From the NCBI GenBank assembly GCA_041441465.1, contig JASDSY010000032.1, forward strand, positions 66,539-130,538: a DNA stretch of 64,000 bases, read 5' to 3'. The stretch is from Candidatus Wallbacteria bacterium (lineage in GTDB: Bacteria > Muiribacteriota > UBA9980). The translations under genes and the position numbers were made by a program. The notes under the pieces were generated by a model. That model was not told the DNA's origin, did no database searches, and was given only the letters and a program-made list of their open reading frames with translations. Shown piece by piece: positions 18,793-28,345 of this stretch (within the stretch, counting starts at the first letter, position 1; the number at the start of each line of letters is the position of its first letter).

Positions 18793-20691
18793 TTATTTTT
18801 CAATGAAGTAAAAATCATCCATCAGCGATTGATTTTCCCAGGGCAGCTGTTCTTTTGTCCTTGAATACACTTCTTTGCGCGTCTGCTGAAAAACCTTCAA
18901 AATATCGATACCCGGCTTTAAAATATTATTGACGAGCGCTTCCGTATAGGGGCTGTTCTGGCCGTCGCCGTCGCTTGCTGTCTGGTTAGGTGAAGTCGAG
19001 TAAGCGATTAAGGTGCCCTGCGCCGGATGATCTACGCTTGCGAGCCCGTGCGATAGACTGCGTTTAAAGCCTTTGCCGAACGGATTGTTGCGGCAGGCGT
19101 CAAGTATGATTATGGTTATTCCGGGACGGCCGGTACCGATTTCCTCGATTACCCAGTTGGCGTTTACGCATTCGTCCTCTATTTCATGCTCGTTTTTTAA
19201 GTCGAATTCGAGCGGCACGAGATAATTTTCGCCGTTATACTGCACTCCGTGGCCTGAATAGAAAAAAAGCGCGGCGCTGTCTTTATCAAGTTTCGAAACA
19301 TAGCTGCGTACGAGTTCCTTTATTTTTTTCTTGTTGAGGTTTTCGCCGCTAGTGACGTCGAATCCGCATTTTTTTAATGTTTTTTCCATAAGGCGCGCGT
19401 CATTTACCGTATTTATGAGTTTATTTTCGGCGTATTCAGAATTGCCGATGATTAGGGCATAACGCCTGGCGGAATTTTTAAGCTTATTGTCAGCTTTTGT
19501 TTGCTTTATTACACCGGCATTTTCACCGGCCGGCTCGGAAGATAAGGGGGCCCCGGCGGTATTGAACTTTTGTTCAGGTTTAATTTCTGCGGTTTTATTG
19601 TCCGGCGTTTGTGATGTTGAATCTGATTTAGGTTGATTTTTTCCGAGTTTTTCATTTAAAGTATTTAAATTATGCCTGGCCGAAGAATTTTTAGGATCTA
19701 ATTCCAGCGCTTTGCCGTAATCTTTAAGGGCTCCCGCGTTGTCATTATTGAATTCCAGCGCCACGCCTCTGGCGTTATAGGTATTTGAATAATTAGGATT
19801 TATTTCAATAGCTTTGCTGTAATCCTTGATAGCTGCGTCATTTGCTCCCTTATCCATATAAGCATTCCCGCGCCTGTAATAAGCCTCGTAATAGTCGGGC
19901 TTTAATGTAATTGCGCTGCCGAAGTCTTTTAAGGCATTTTCATAATCGGCTGCGGAATTATTTTTATTTTTTTTCATGTTATAGGCAATTCCGCGGTTAT
20001 AATATGCCTCGGCGTATTTCGGATTTAACTTGATCGCTTCCGTGAAATCGTTTATGGCGTCATCATATTTTTCTTTTTGATAATATGAATAACCGCGATT
20101 ATTATAGACTTCTGAATATGTCGAATTCATTTCCGGCGAATCGATTTTCAGTTTAATAGCCTCGCTGTAGTCATTGATTGCATTTTCATAGTCTTTTTTG
20201 GCTTGATAGGAATTGCCGCGGTCATAATAAATTTGCAAAGCGGCTGGATTTAATTCAATAGCTTTATCATAATATTGTACAGCTTTATCATAATTTACAT
20301 CGCTGTATATTTTCCCAAGCTCACAATATGCTTTGAAATATTTAGGATCAATTTCGATAGCTTTGTTAAAATTTTGTATGGCCATATCCAGATACATTGC
20401 GGCTTTTTTTTCGTCTAAATTGACTTTTGCGTCAAAACACTGCCGCCGGCGTGTGATTCCGCGGTTATAATATAACTCCGCTGATTCGGAGTTTAATTCG
20501 ATAGCTGTGTTATTGTCATTCATAGCCTTATCGTAGTCTTCTAATTCGTAATATGCCATGCCGCGCAGTTTATAATTGTCACTATCTTTAGGGTGAAGCT
20601 CAATGCATTTTTCAAGCTGCTTAACCGTCTCTAAATAGCTTGCTTTAGCTTTATCATATTCTTTTATTTCATTATAAGCCTTGCCAAGCAT
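18793..20691 (-). CDS. TPR-repeat protein fused to caspase-like (peptidase C14, orthocaspase) domain
   Basis: About 13 TPR units (AYYNRG/AIELNP repeats). The C-terminal domain has the caspase His-Cys dyad: 'YALIIGNSEY', 'FFYSGHG' and 'IIILDACRNN'. The reading frame continues open upstream to an in-frame TAA at 20815-20817. Confidence 0.75.
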   Translation of the reverse strand: MLGKAYNEIKEYDKAKASYLETVKQLEKCIELHPKDSDNYKLRGMAYYELEDYDKAMNDNNTAIELNSESAELYYNRGITRRRQCFDAKVNLDEKKAAMYLDMAIQNFNKAIEIDPKYFKAYCELGKIYSDVNYDKAVQYYDKAIELNPAALQIYYDRGNSYQAKKDYENAINDYSEAIKLKIDSPEMNSTYSEVYNNRGYSYYQKEKYDDAINDFTEAIKLNPKYAEAYYNRGIAYNMKKNKNNSAADYENALKDFGSAITLKPDYYEAYYRRGNAYMDKGANDAAIKDYSKAIEINPNYSNTYNARGVALEFNNDNAGALKDYGKALELDPKNSSARHNLNTLNEKLGKNQPKSDSTSQTPDNKTAEIKPEQKFNTAGAPLSSEPAGENAGVIKQTKADNKLKNSARRYALIIGNSEYAENKLINTVNDARLMEKTLKKCGFDVTSGENLNKKKIKELVRSYVSKLDKDSAALFFYSGHGVQYNGENYLVPLEFDLKNEHEIEDECVNANWVIEEIGTGRPGITIIILDACRNNPFGKGFKRSLSHGLASVDHPAQGTLIAYSTSPNQTASDGDGQNSPYTEALVNNILKPGIDILKVFQQTRKEVYSRTKEQLPWENQSLMDDFYFIEK

Positions 20692-20814
20692 ATAATAAGC
20701 TTCGTTAATACGGTCTTCTGAATTAATAATATCGTTATAGTATTTTATAGCTTTATCATATTCGCGTTTTGAGTAATATGCATTTCCTAATTTTAATAAT
20801 GCCGGCGAATTTTT

Positions 20815-21318
20815 TTAAAATAATTTCATCATTGTTTCATAATCTTTGATCGCATTATCACAGTCGTTTAAAATTAAATATAAATCGCCGCGATGCAGGT
20901 AAGCTAATTCGCAGTTCATTTTAATTGCTTTATTGTAGTTATCCATGGCCTGGTTATATTCATGTTTTTCGCGTAACGCGTCGCCTTTTCGCAAATATGG
21001 AACGTAATAATCGGGTTTTAAGCTTATTAACGCGTCGCAGTCTTTTATAGCTTTATCATATTCGTGTTTTTGCATATATGCGTCGGCGCGTACCTCGTAA
21101 TATTTCCAGTCAGGCTTTATTTCTATCGCTTTGGTTAAATATTTTATAGTTTCGTCATAATCGCCGGACCAATAACATGTATGGCCTTTATCAAAATAAG
21201 ATTCTGCTTGATTCGCGGCATTTGCGGTAGAATGAAAAATAAAGGAAAGTTGAAAAACTAAAATTGACATTAAAAGGCAAATATGAATGTGAAGACTTAT
21301 TTTTTTTACCATTTGCAA
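20815..21318 (-). CDS. TPR-repeat protein with signal peptide; in frame with the downstream TPR-caspase ORF
   Basis: 167 aa with signal peptide (LLMSILVFQLSFIFHSTANA) and four TPR units. A single TAA separates it from the 41 TPR-like codons that lead into ORF 18793-20691. Confidence 0.6.
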   Translation of the reverse strand: MQMVKKISLHIHICLLMSILVFQLSFIFHSTANAANQAESYFDKGHTCYWSGDYDETIKYLTKAIEIKPDWKYYEVRADAYMQKHEYDKAIKDCDALISLKPDYYVPYLRKGDALREKHEYNQAMDNYNKAIKMNCELAYLHRGDLYLILNDCDNAIKDYETMMKLF

Positions 21319-21617
21319 TTATCCCCCGCCATAATATTTTAAAAGAACTAATTGATTATTACCCAAAATATAATTATGATTGAATTTATCAGTATTAAAA
21401 AAGAATAACTTAAATGATAATTATTGTCAATGGATTTTTGATTAAATTGATTTGTTACGGCAAATATATTTTTGCAGTAATTAAAAAAATTATTAAAAAT
21501 ATATATTTACTGTTGCATTACATACAGATATAAGTTAAAATAACTCCAAATTTAAATGCTTGCTTTTTTAATCTAGAATATATATGGTTCGTATCATTAA
21601 GTCGGGAGGAAGTTCTA

Positions 21618-24290
21618 ATGAAAACATGGTTTTGTTTTGGGAAAATCCGTGAAGACGAAAATATAACGCCTGAAATGATTGTTAAAGTAATCGAAGACGG
21701 TCGGAAAATCGCTAGTGAATTTAAAAATGTGCCTCTGATAAAAATACTCAGGATATTAGAAAAAACATCAGACATATTAAATGACCCGAATCATCCTATC
21801 AGGATAGAAACCCTCGAAAGAATGCCTGAAATAATAGGCTTCACCAGGCCGATGGTTGAAACAGGCTTAAATACGCTGTGCGCCACAATGCGTGTCCCGG
21901 CGCTTCTGGCAAGACTCGACACCGATCTCGAGGATTCCAATTTTCTGGACGAATTTACATATCACAAAGTTTTTGACGGCTACATAAAAGCGGAACCCCG
22001 CGGCTTGATAGCTCACGTATCGGCCGGAAACGTTTTTATAGGGGCTGTCGATACACTTCTTCAGGGCATAATGACAAAAAACGTCAACATACTTAAAATG
22101 TCATCGATAGATACAGTATTCCCTATTTTATTCGCCAAAGCATTAAAAGAAGCCGATCCCGAAGGAATCGTCTCAAATACATTCTGCCTCGTTCCTTTTA
22201 AATCGGGCGACGAAGGCATAGAAAAAATAATTAAAGCCGAATGCAACGTTATAATCGTTTACGGCGGCAAGGAAGCCATAGAAGCTTACCGCAAAGGTCT
22301 CGGCGTGCATACCAAAGTCGTGGAATACGGCCCTAAATATTCCTGCGCCGTAATTGACGGCGGAATAATGAAACAAAAAGGCATAAATACTGTCGCAGCA
22401 AGTATGGCTCATGATTTCACGATGTGGGAACAATCGGCATGCTCTTCGCCGCATACGGTTTTTGTAAAAGGTGAAAAAGAGGCTAATGAATTTGCAAAGG
22501 CGCTTGCATGTGAACTTGAAAACTATTCAAAAATTTATCCTCATGGTAAAATTCCAGTAAATGAAAAAGTAGAAATAACCAAAAGCCGCGAACTCGCAAG
22601 AGTTCATCAAGCGCTTGGCGAGGCCGAACTTATTGTTCCGGCTGACGGATCACAGGAATGGACTGTGATATACGAAAAAAATTCAGAATTCAGGGTAAGC
22701 TGCCATCACAGAACTGCATATGTAAAACCGATTGCTGATTTTGATTCAGCAATCAAAACGCTCACGCCTTATGGTGAATATATTCAGAGTATAGCAGTTC
22801 TGGCTTCGCCGGCCGATACTTTTTATATATCGGAAAAATTATGCGCTATAGGCGCAGACAGAATCACAGAACCGGGAAATATGTCAAGGCGTAAAAATGG
22901 TACGCCGCACGACGGCACAAGAGGTACGGCGGAATTTGTGCGCTGGGTCTCGATCGGCCAGAAAAAGCCTCTTGAAGATCAATTTGATTACATGGATACC
23001 GCCGAAAGAGATAAACTTACGCTTGAACGCTTAAATTATCTGCTGGCATATTGCCGCGAAAAATCAGAATTTTACCGTGGCCGGCTTCCGGTAGAACCAC
23101 TCAAATCAATAAAAGAGCTTTCTAAAATTCCGATACTTACCCAGAAAGACTTCAGAGACCACCTTCCGCCTTCAGGCACCGGAATACTCACCGACAAACT
23201 TGGAAAAAGTTATTCATTCGGAAGCGGCGGCACTGTCGGCAAGCCGAAATTTGTATTCAGGACTATTGACGAAACGCGGCGCAACGCAAGAGCGCTGGCC
23301 AAAGGATTAGTAAATTCGGGATTATGCGAAGGCGATATTGTCGGAAATCTTTTCTTCGCCGGAAATATGTGGGCTTCTTTTGTAAGCGTAAATATGGCGC
23401 TTGAAGAAACAGGGTGCCATATACTTCCGATAGCGGGAAACGCCTGCGATATGGAAGCGATAATTTCATACCTGAAAGCATTCTCGGCAAACGTCATAAT
23501 ATCGATACCGTCAGTCATAATATCGCTTGCGCAATACGTCGAAAAAAATAAAATAACCGGAATTAAAATAGAAAAAGTTTTTTACGGCGGCGAGCATCTT
23601 TTTCCGGACGCTCAAAAATATGTAGCAAATGTACTGGGAGCAAAGATTATAGCATCGGCGGGATATACGACAAACGACACCGGAATGGCAGGATATCAAT
23701 GCCAGTGCTGCCGTGGCGGAATACATCATATAACAGAAAACATACATATAGTTGAAATAGTTGACCCTGAGACCAATATGCCGGTACCGGACGGCCGGGA
23801 AGGCAAAATTATACTTACAAACATAGACAGGTATTTAATGCCCATAATACGATACGAAATAGGCGATCTTGGAAGAATAATAACTGAGAAATGCGCCTGC
23901 GGAAGAACGCTTAAACTTATGGAACTTCTCGGAAGGGCCGACGAAGTGCTGATAATAGGCGGCGCAAATATCTCGCAGGATTCAATTGCTAAAGCCATTT
24001 CCAAAGTCGATGGGCTCTCATTCCATTTTAAAATGACGGCAAAATTGTCAGAAATGCACGACCTGCTCGTAGTCGAAGTCGAGGCGCTTGAAAAAATTTC
24101 AGAAGAAAAAGGCAGAGAGCTCGAAGGCAAGCTTTACGCAAGCCTTTTGTCTGAAAAACCTGAATTCGAATCATTTTTAAAAACTCAGAGCATCGCCAAA
24201 CCTATCGTCAAAGTTTTAAACCCGGGTGAATTACCGCGCAATCCTCGCACCGGAAAAGTAAAACATATGTCAGACGAAAGGAAAAACTAA
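21618..24290 (+). CDS. Fusion protein: LuxC-type acyl-CoA reductase domain plus adenylate-forming (PaaK/LuxE-like) domain
   Basis: 890 aa. The N-terminal ~450 aa resembles LuxC/ALDH-fold acyl-CoA reductases. The C-terminal ~430 aa carries 'SFGSGGTVGKPKFV' (P-loop-like adenylation motif; compare PaaK SSGTTGKP) and ends in 'GELPRNPRTGKVKH', also seen in the ORF at 28338-29627. Starts with RBS gggagga. Confidence 0.5.
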   Translation: MKTWFCFGKIREDENITPEMIVKVIEDGRKIASEFKNVPLIKILRILEKTSDILNDPNHPIRIETLERMPEIIGFTRPMVETGLNTLCATMRVPALLARLDTDLEDSNFLDEFTYHKVFDGYIKAEPRGLIAHVSAGNVFIGAVDTLLQGIMTKNVNILKMSSIDTVFPILFAKALKEADPEGIVSNTFCLVPFKSGDEGIEKIIKAECNVIIVYGGKEAIEAYRKGLGVHTKVVEYGPKYSCAVIDGGIMKQKGINTVAASMAHDFTMWEQSACSSPHTVFVKGEKEANEFAKALACELENYSKIYPHGKIPVNEKVEITKSRELARVHQALGEAELIVPADGSQEWTVIYEKNSEFRVSCHHRTAYVKPIADFDSAIKTLTPYGEYIQSIAVLASPADTFYISEKLCAIGADRITEPGNMSRRKNGTPHDGTRGTAEFVRWVSIGQKKPLEDQFDYMDTAERDKLTLERLNYLLAYCREKSEFYRGRLPVEPLKSIKELSKIPILTQKDFRDHLPPSGTGILTDKLGKSYSFGSGGTVGKPKFVFRTIDETRRNARALAKGLVNSGLCEGDIVGNLFFAGNMWASFVSVNMALEETGCHILPIAGNACDMEAIISYLKAFSANVIISIPSVIISLAQYVEKNKITGIKIEKVFYGGEHLFPDAQKYVANVLGAKIIASAGYTTNDTGMAGYQCQCCRGGIHHITENIHIVEIVDPETNMPVPDGREGKIILTNIDRYLMPIIRYEIGDLGRIITEKCACGRTLKLMELLGRADEVLIIGGANISQDSIAKAISKVDGLSFHFKMTAKLSEMHDLLVVEVEALEKISEEKGRELEGKLYASLLSEKPEFESFLKTQSIAKPIVKVLNPGELPRNPRTGKVKHMSDERKN

Positions 24291-24291
24291 A

Positions 24292-25773
24292 ATGGAAATA
24301 TGCAAATTTGAAAAACAAATCGCAAAAATTAACGTTAAAGCCGACATGAAATATATGCCGCCGATCCTTCAATTTGTCCATTCATTTTCGGAAAGCGAAG
24401 GGCTTTCATCCAAAAAAGCGACGCTTATGGAAGTAGCGGTCGAAGAAGCCTGCGTCAACGTCATTAAGCATGCTTACGCGCCGGACGAAGACGGCGATTT
24501 CGAAGTTGCCCTGCTGCGCCGCCCGAATCAAATCGTAATATCGATAGAAGATCACGGGCTTCCAGTCGATATGAAAGCGCTCGAAAAAAATGAAAATAAT
24601 AGCCTCGGCATAATGCTTATGAAATCGATCGCCGACGAAACTATTTTTCAAAACCTTGGCGAACGCGGAAAATGCATTAAAATAATTAAAAATATTTCTG
24701 AAAACTTCGAAGCGCTGAAAGAGCTGGCAAACAGGGAGCCGGCAGCCGTTGAAAAAGCGCCTGACAACGAACCGCTTGAAATAAGATTCATGAACCCGGA
24801 AGAGGCGGCTAAACTTTCAAGATGCATATATCACGCTTACGGCTATACCTATACGACGACATTTTATTATCCTGAAAAAATAACGGAAATGATAAATTCC
24901 GGAACGTTAAAATCAATCGTAGCATTGGATAAAAGCGGTGAAATAGTGGCGCACCTGGGATTAAAATTTCCCGCACCTGGCGCAAAAATTGCCGAATCAG
25001 CCCAGGCCGCGGTCAATCCAAAGTACAGAGGCCGCCATCTATTCGAGGACATGAAAAAATTTGCAGCCGAATACGCCAGAAAAACACAGATGTTTGGCCT
25101 GTACAGCGAATCGGTAACGCTGCATCCTTACACTCAAAAAGGAAATATTGCGTTAGGCGCCAAAGAAGTCGGCCTTATTCTCGCATATATTCCAGAAACC
25201 GCATTTTTTAAAAAAATACAGGTTGAAAATCAAAATCCTCAGCGTCAGGCAGCGCTGCTTTTTTACATGAAAACCTCTGAAAGCCCTGAACGCGAGGTTT
25301 ATTTACCGGAACGCCACACTGAGATAATAAAAAAGATATATTCCCATAACGAACTTAAAAGGACATTCGGCCGGGCGGCCAAATATGTGCCTGAAAAACC
25401 AACGGCGCTTGAAGTTGATTTCAGCCCGTATCTTAATGCCGCTATGATAATGATAAATTATATAGGAAGCGCTTTTACTTTTGAATTAATTTTAAAAAAT
25501 TACCGGCGCGAATTATGCGAAAAAAAAGCGTCCTGCATATATATTTTCATACCTCTTTCAAGCCCCGGCGCGCCATCAGCATGCGATGTAGCTGAAAAAT
25601 CAGGTTTTTCATTCGCCGGAATAATTCCTGAATATTTTTCGGGCGATTGCATAGTTTATCAATTTTTAAATAACGTAGAAGTTGACAGTGAAAGAATATG
25701 CACCGCTTCGGAATTCGCTCGCGAACTTTTAAAATATATAATTAACGAATACAATAACCGGAAAAAAAATTAA
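24292..25773 (+). CDS. Fusion: anti-sigma-factor-like HATPase (RsbW/SpoIIAB-type Ser kinase fold) plus GNAT-like acyltransferase domain
   Basis: 493 aa. The N-terminus 'EVAVEEACVNVIKHAY...FEVAL...ISIEDHGLP' matches the HATPase_c_2 signature. The central and C-terminal part has a GNAT-like pattern (VAHLGL...AAVNPKYRGRHLFEDM). The start is 2 bp after the upstream stop. Confidence 0.45.
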   Translation: MEICKFEKQIAKINVKADMKYMPPILQFVHSFSESEGLSSKKATLMEVAVEEACVNVIKHAYAPDEDGDFEVALLRRPNQIVISIEDHGLPVDMKALEKNENNSLGIMLMKSIADETIFQNLGERGKCIKIIKNISENFEALKELANREPAAVEKAPDNEPLEIRFMNPEEAAKLSRCIYHAYGYTYTTTFYYPEKITEMINSGTLKSIVALDKSGEIVAHLGLKFPAPGAKIAESAQAAVNPKYRGRHLFEDMKKFAAEYARKTQMFGLYSESVTLHPYTQKGNIALGAKEVGLILAYIPETAFFKKIQVENQNPQRQAALLFYMKTSESPEREVYLPERHTEIIKKIYSHNELKRTFGRAAKYVPEKPTALEVDFSPYLNAAMIMINYIGSAFTFELILKNYRRELCEKKASCIYIFIPLSSPGAPSACDVAEKSGFSFAGIIPEYFSGDCIVYQFLNNVEVDSERICTASEFARELLKYIINEYNNRKKN

Positions 25774-25793
25774 TAAAAGAAGGTGCGGAAAAT

Positions 25794-26912
25794 ATGCAAA
25801 ACATAGAAAACCTTTTTAAAAATAAAAATGCCTTTGATTTAAACGCGGAAAATCAGAATCTTTTTTTGGAAGCGATGAGAGAGGCTGTTGAATTTCATAG
25901 AAAAAACTCAAAAGTTTACGACGGAATATGCTCGCAGCATAATTTTTCGTTCGACCGCGACATAAAAAGCGAAAAAGACCTTTATAAAATACCTCATATA
26001 ATGGTTAACGTTTTCAAGGAAATAAAACTTCTGTCAGTTCCGCAGTCACAGATAACGCTTTCATTTACATCATCAGGCACCACCGGAATGACAAGCCAGA
26101 CCAATTTGGACGATATATCAATACAGAGACAGGGTTTCACAAGAAAATCTACAGTAGAAAGCTACGGCCTGGCTGCATACGACGAAGAAGTAAATTACGT
26201 TTGTTTTTCTTACGACCCGGAGACAAGCGGCACTAAAGGCGCGGCACACACACATACGGCATATACAAGTTTCGCTAAATCAAGAGAGACTTTTTACGCA
26301 ATATCGCGCGATGAAAAAGGCGAAGCAAAATTTAAAATAAACGAATGCATAGCCGCGCTCGACCGTTATAGCAAAAGCGGCCTGCCGCTTAGAATAACGG
26401 GGTTTCCTTCTTTCGGATACACGACTTTAAAAAAACTTGACGAAATGGGACAGCATTTTTCATTTCCGCAAAGCAGTGTTTTATTTTCTGGCGGCGGCTG
26501 GAAACTGCCGGGCGGCGATCCTATATCATTCGACGAATATTCGGAACTTGTAAAACGCGTCCTCGGAATCGCCAGAGACAGAATCAGAGACGTTTATGGA
26601 ATGATAGAGCATGGCATACCTTATATGACATGTGAATGCGGAAATTTCCATGTGCCGATATATTCGCGGGTTTATTCAGTCGATCCGGCGACGGCGGAAC
26701 TGCTGCCAGACGGCCAGACGGGGCTTTTAAAATTAATAACCCCTTACATACATAGTGTTCCGGCTATTTCGATACTCAGCACCGATTATGGCGTTATCGC
26801 CAACGACTGCAAATGCGGCAGAAAAACACCGCACATTATTTTAAAAGGCCGGGCAGGAGTAAAAAAATATGCCGGCTGCGGCATTTCCGCGGCTCAGCTT
26901 CTCGCGAGTTAA
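25794..26912 (+). CDS. LuxE-like acyl-protein synthetase / adenylate-forming enzyme
   Basis: 372 aa with 'LSFTSSGTTGMTSQ' adenylation motif. Size and N-terminus are consistent with the LuxE family. Confidence 0.45.
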   Translation: MQNIENLFKNKNAFDLNAENQNLFLEAMREAVEFHRKNSKVYDGICSQHNFSFDRDIKSEKDLYKIPHIMVNVFKEIKLLSVPQSQITLSFTSSGTTGMTSQTNLDDISIQRQGFTRKSTVESYGLAAYDEEVNYVCFSYDPETSGTKGAAHTHTAYTSFAKSRETFYAISRDEKGEAKFKINECIAALDRYSKSGLPLRITGFPSFGYTTLKKLDEMGQHFSFPQSSVLFSGGGWKLPGGDPISFDEYSELVKRVLGIARDRIRDVYGMIEHGIPYMTCECGNFHVPIYSRVYSVDPATAELLPDGQTGLLKLITPYIHSVPAISILSTDYGVIANDCKCGRKTPHIILKGRAGVKKYAGCGISAAQLLAS

Positions 26913-26971
26913 CAGCGGCTGATTTCTTTAATTGCATTCATACAGCACATTTTTTAAGGAGGCAACAATTC

Positions 26972-28345
26972 ATGGAACCCAAAAAGTTTATAAATGAAGT
27001 ATATAATAAAGTTCCGGCATATTCAGACTTTCTATCAAAACATTCCATAACTCCCGATTCGGATTGGGAATCAATTCCGCTTATAACGAAAAAAGATTAT
27101 CTGCTTTCATATCCGCTTGAAAAAATATGCTGGAACGGAACGCTTGACGGGTGTCATTTAATAGGCGCCAGTTCAGGGTTCAGCAAATCGGGAACGATTT
27201 TTTGGCCTAAAAGACCTGAGGATGAAAGGCATGCCCTGGAAGCAACTGAAAAAATGCTCATTGAACATCATAATTTAGATAAAAAAAAGACGCTGGTTTT
27301 AGTATGCCTGGCATTCGGCACATGGATAGGCGGAATGCAGATTGCCTCCGTAATGAGAACGCTGGCAACGGCGGGAAAGCATAAAATGACGGTTGCCACG
27401 CCGAGTTTAAATCTTGCAGAATCAGTTGAAATATATGATCGTTTCGGCTCTAATTTTGACCAGGTAATATGGCTTACCAATCCGTCAAACGTCAACCTTA
27501 TAACCGCTTTATTAAAAAAACGCGGCAAAAAAATAAAACCCGGCACCATATTTTTTGGAGTTATCGGCGAATACTTCACGGAAAACTTCAGGGAAAAAAT
27601 CGCCGCCGATTACGGCCATCCTCAGGACGAACCATTTTGTATATGGACAGGATACGGCTCAGCCGATACAGGCGATATAGCATCTGAAATCAAGAGCACA
27701 ATAAAACTGCGCAAGTTTTTTCATAAAAACGCAAAATTATGTAAGCAATTTTTCGGGTCAGAAAATGCGCCGATGATACTTGCCAAAAGCCCCAGCATTT
27801 TTGTCGAAATAATAAATGAAAACATAGTAGTTACCAAAGACCAGCTTGTGCCGCTTGTGCGATACGACACAAAAGACGCCGGCGGGCTTCTTTTTAAAAA
27901 AGACCTTGAAAATTCAGAAATTCCGAAGGAAATTGTAAGCGGCCTTCCGGACGAAATGGTTTTTGTATATGGCAGAGCCAGCGACGCCGTTATTTTTTAC
28001 GGCACAAACCTGCTGGTCGGAAATATTAACGATTTTCTACTATCGCTTCCTGCAAACTATTGTTACGGCGGTTTTTTTGAAGTAAGGACCAAAAAACGCG
28101 ACAATGTGACATCTTTTAATTTCACTTTATTTTTAAATACCGATCCGCAGGAAGAGCTTAAACATGAATACGAAACGCAGCTGATAGCGTTTTTAAAATC
28201 GCAAAGCCTTGAATTTAACGCTAAATATGACGCATTATGCAATTCAATAGGCGAATCGCTAATTACGGTGGAATTGAAAAAAATTAATTTTTCAACGGCG
28301 ACGTTAAAACACCGCTATGTAATCGAGGAGGATAAAAATGTTTAA
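26972..28345 (+). CDS. PaaK/F390-synthetase-like adenylate-forming enzyme
   Basis: The ATG at 26972 is preferred over the longer upstream ORF: RBS aaggagg lies 8 bp upstream, and the longer form would overlap the previous gene by ~100 bp. Motifs 'IPLITKKDY' and 'IGASSGFSKSGTIFWP' are typical of the phenylacetate-CoA-ligase-like family. Confidence 0.5.
   Translation: MEPKKFINEVYNKVPAYSDFLSKHSITPDSDWESIPLITKKDYLLSYPLEKICWNGTLDGCHLIGASSGFSKSGTIFWPKRPEDERHALEATEKMLIEHHNLDKKKTLVLVCLAFGTWIGGMQIASVMRTLATAGKHKMTVATPSLNLAESVEIYDRFGSNFDQVIWLTNPSNVNLITALLKKRGKKIKPGTIFFGVIGEYFTENFREKIAADYGHPQDEPFCIWTGYGSADTGDIASEIKSTIKLRKFFHKNAKLCKQFFGSENAPMILAKSPSIFVEIINENIVVTKDQLVPLVRYDTKDAGGLLFKKDLENSEIPKEIVSGLPDEMVFVYGRASDAVIFYGTNLLVGNINDFLLSLPANYCYGGFFEVRTKKRDNVTSFNFTLFLNTDPQEELKHEYETQLIAFLKSQSLEFNAKYDALCNSIGESLITVELKKINFSTATLKHRYVIEEDKNV

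Noticed and set aside
26813-26971. Long upstream extension of the PaaK-like ORF (track start at 26813) overlapping the LuxE-like gene by ~100 bp
   Set aside because: The extension (MRQKNTAHYFKRPGRSKKICRLRHF...) is basic, low-complexity, out-of-frame read-through of the previous gene's 3' end. A strong RBS (aaggagg) precedes the internal ATG at 26972, so that is the likely true start.
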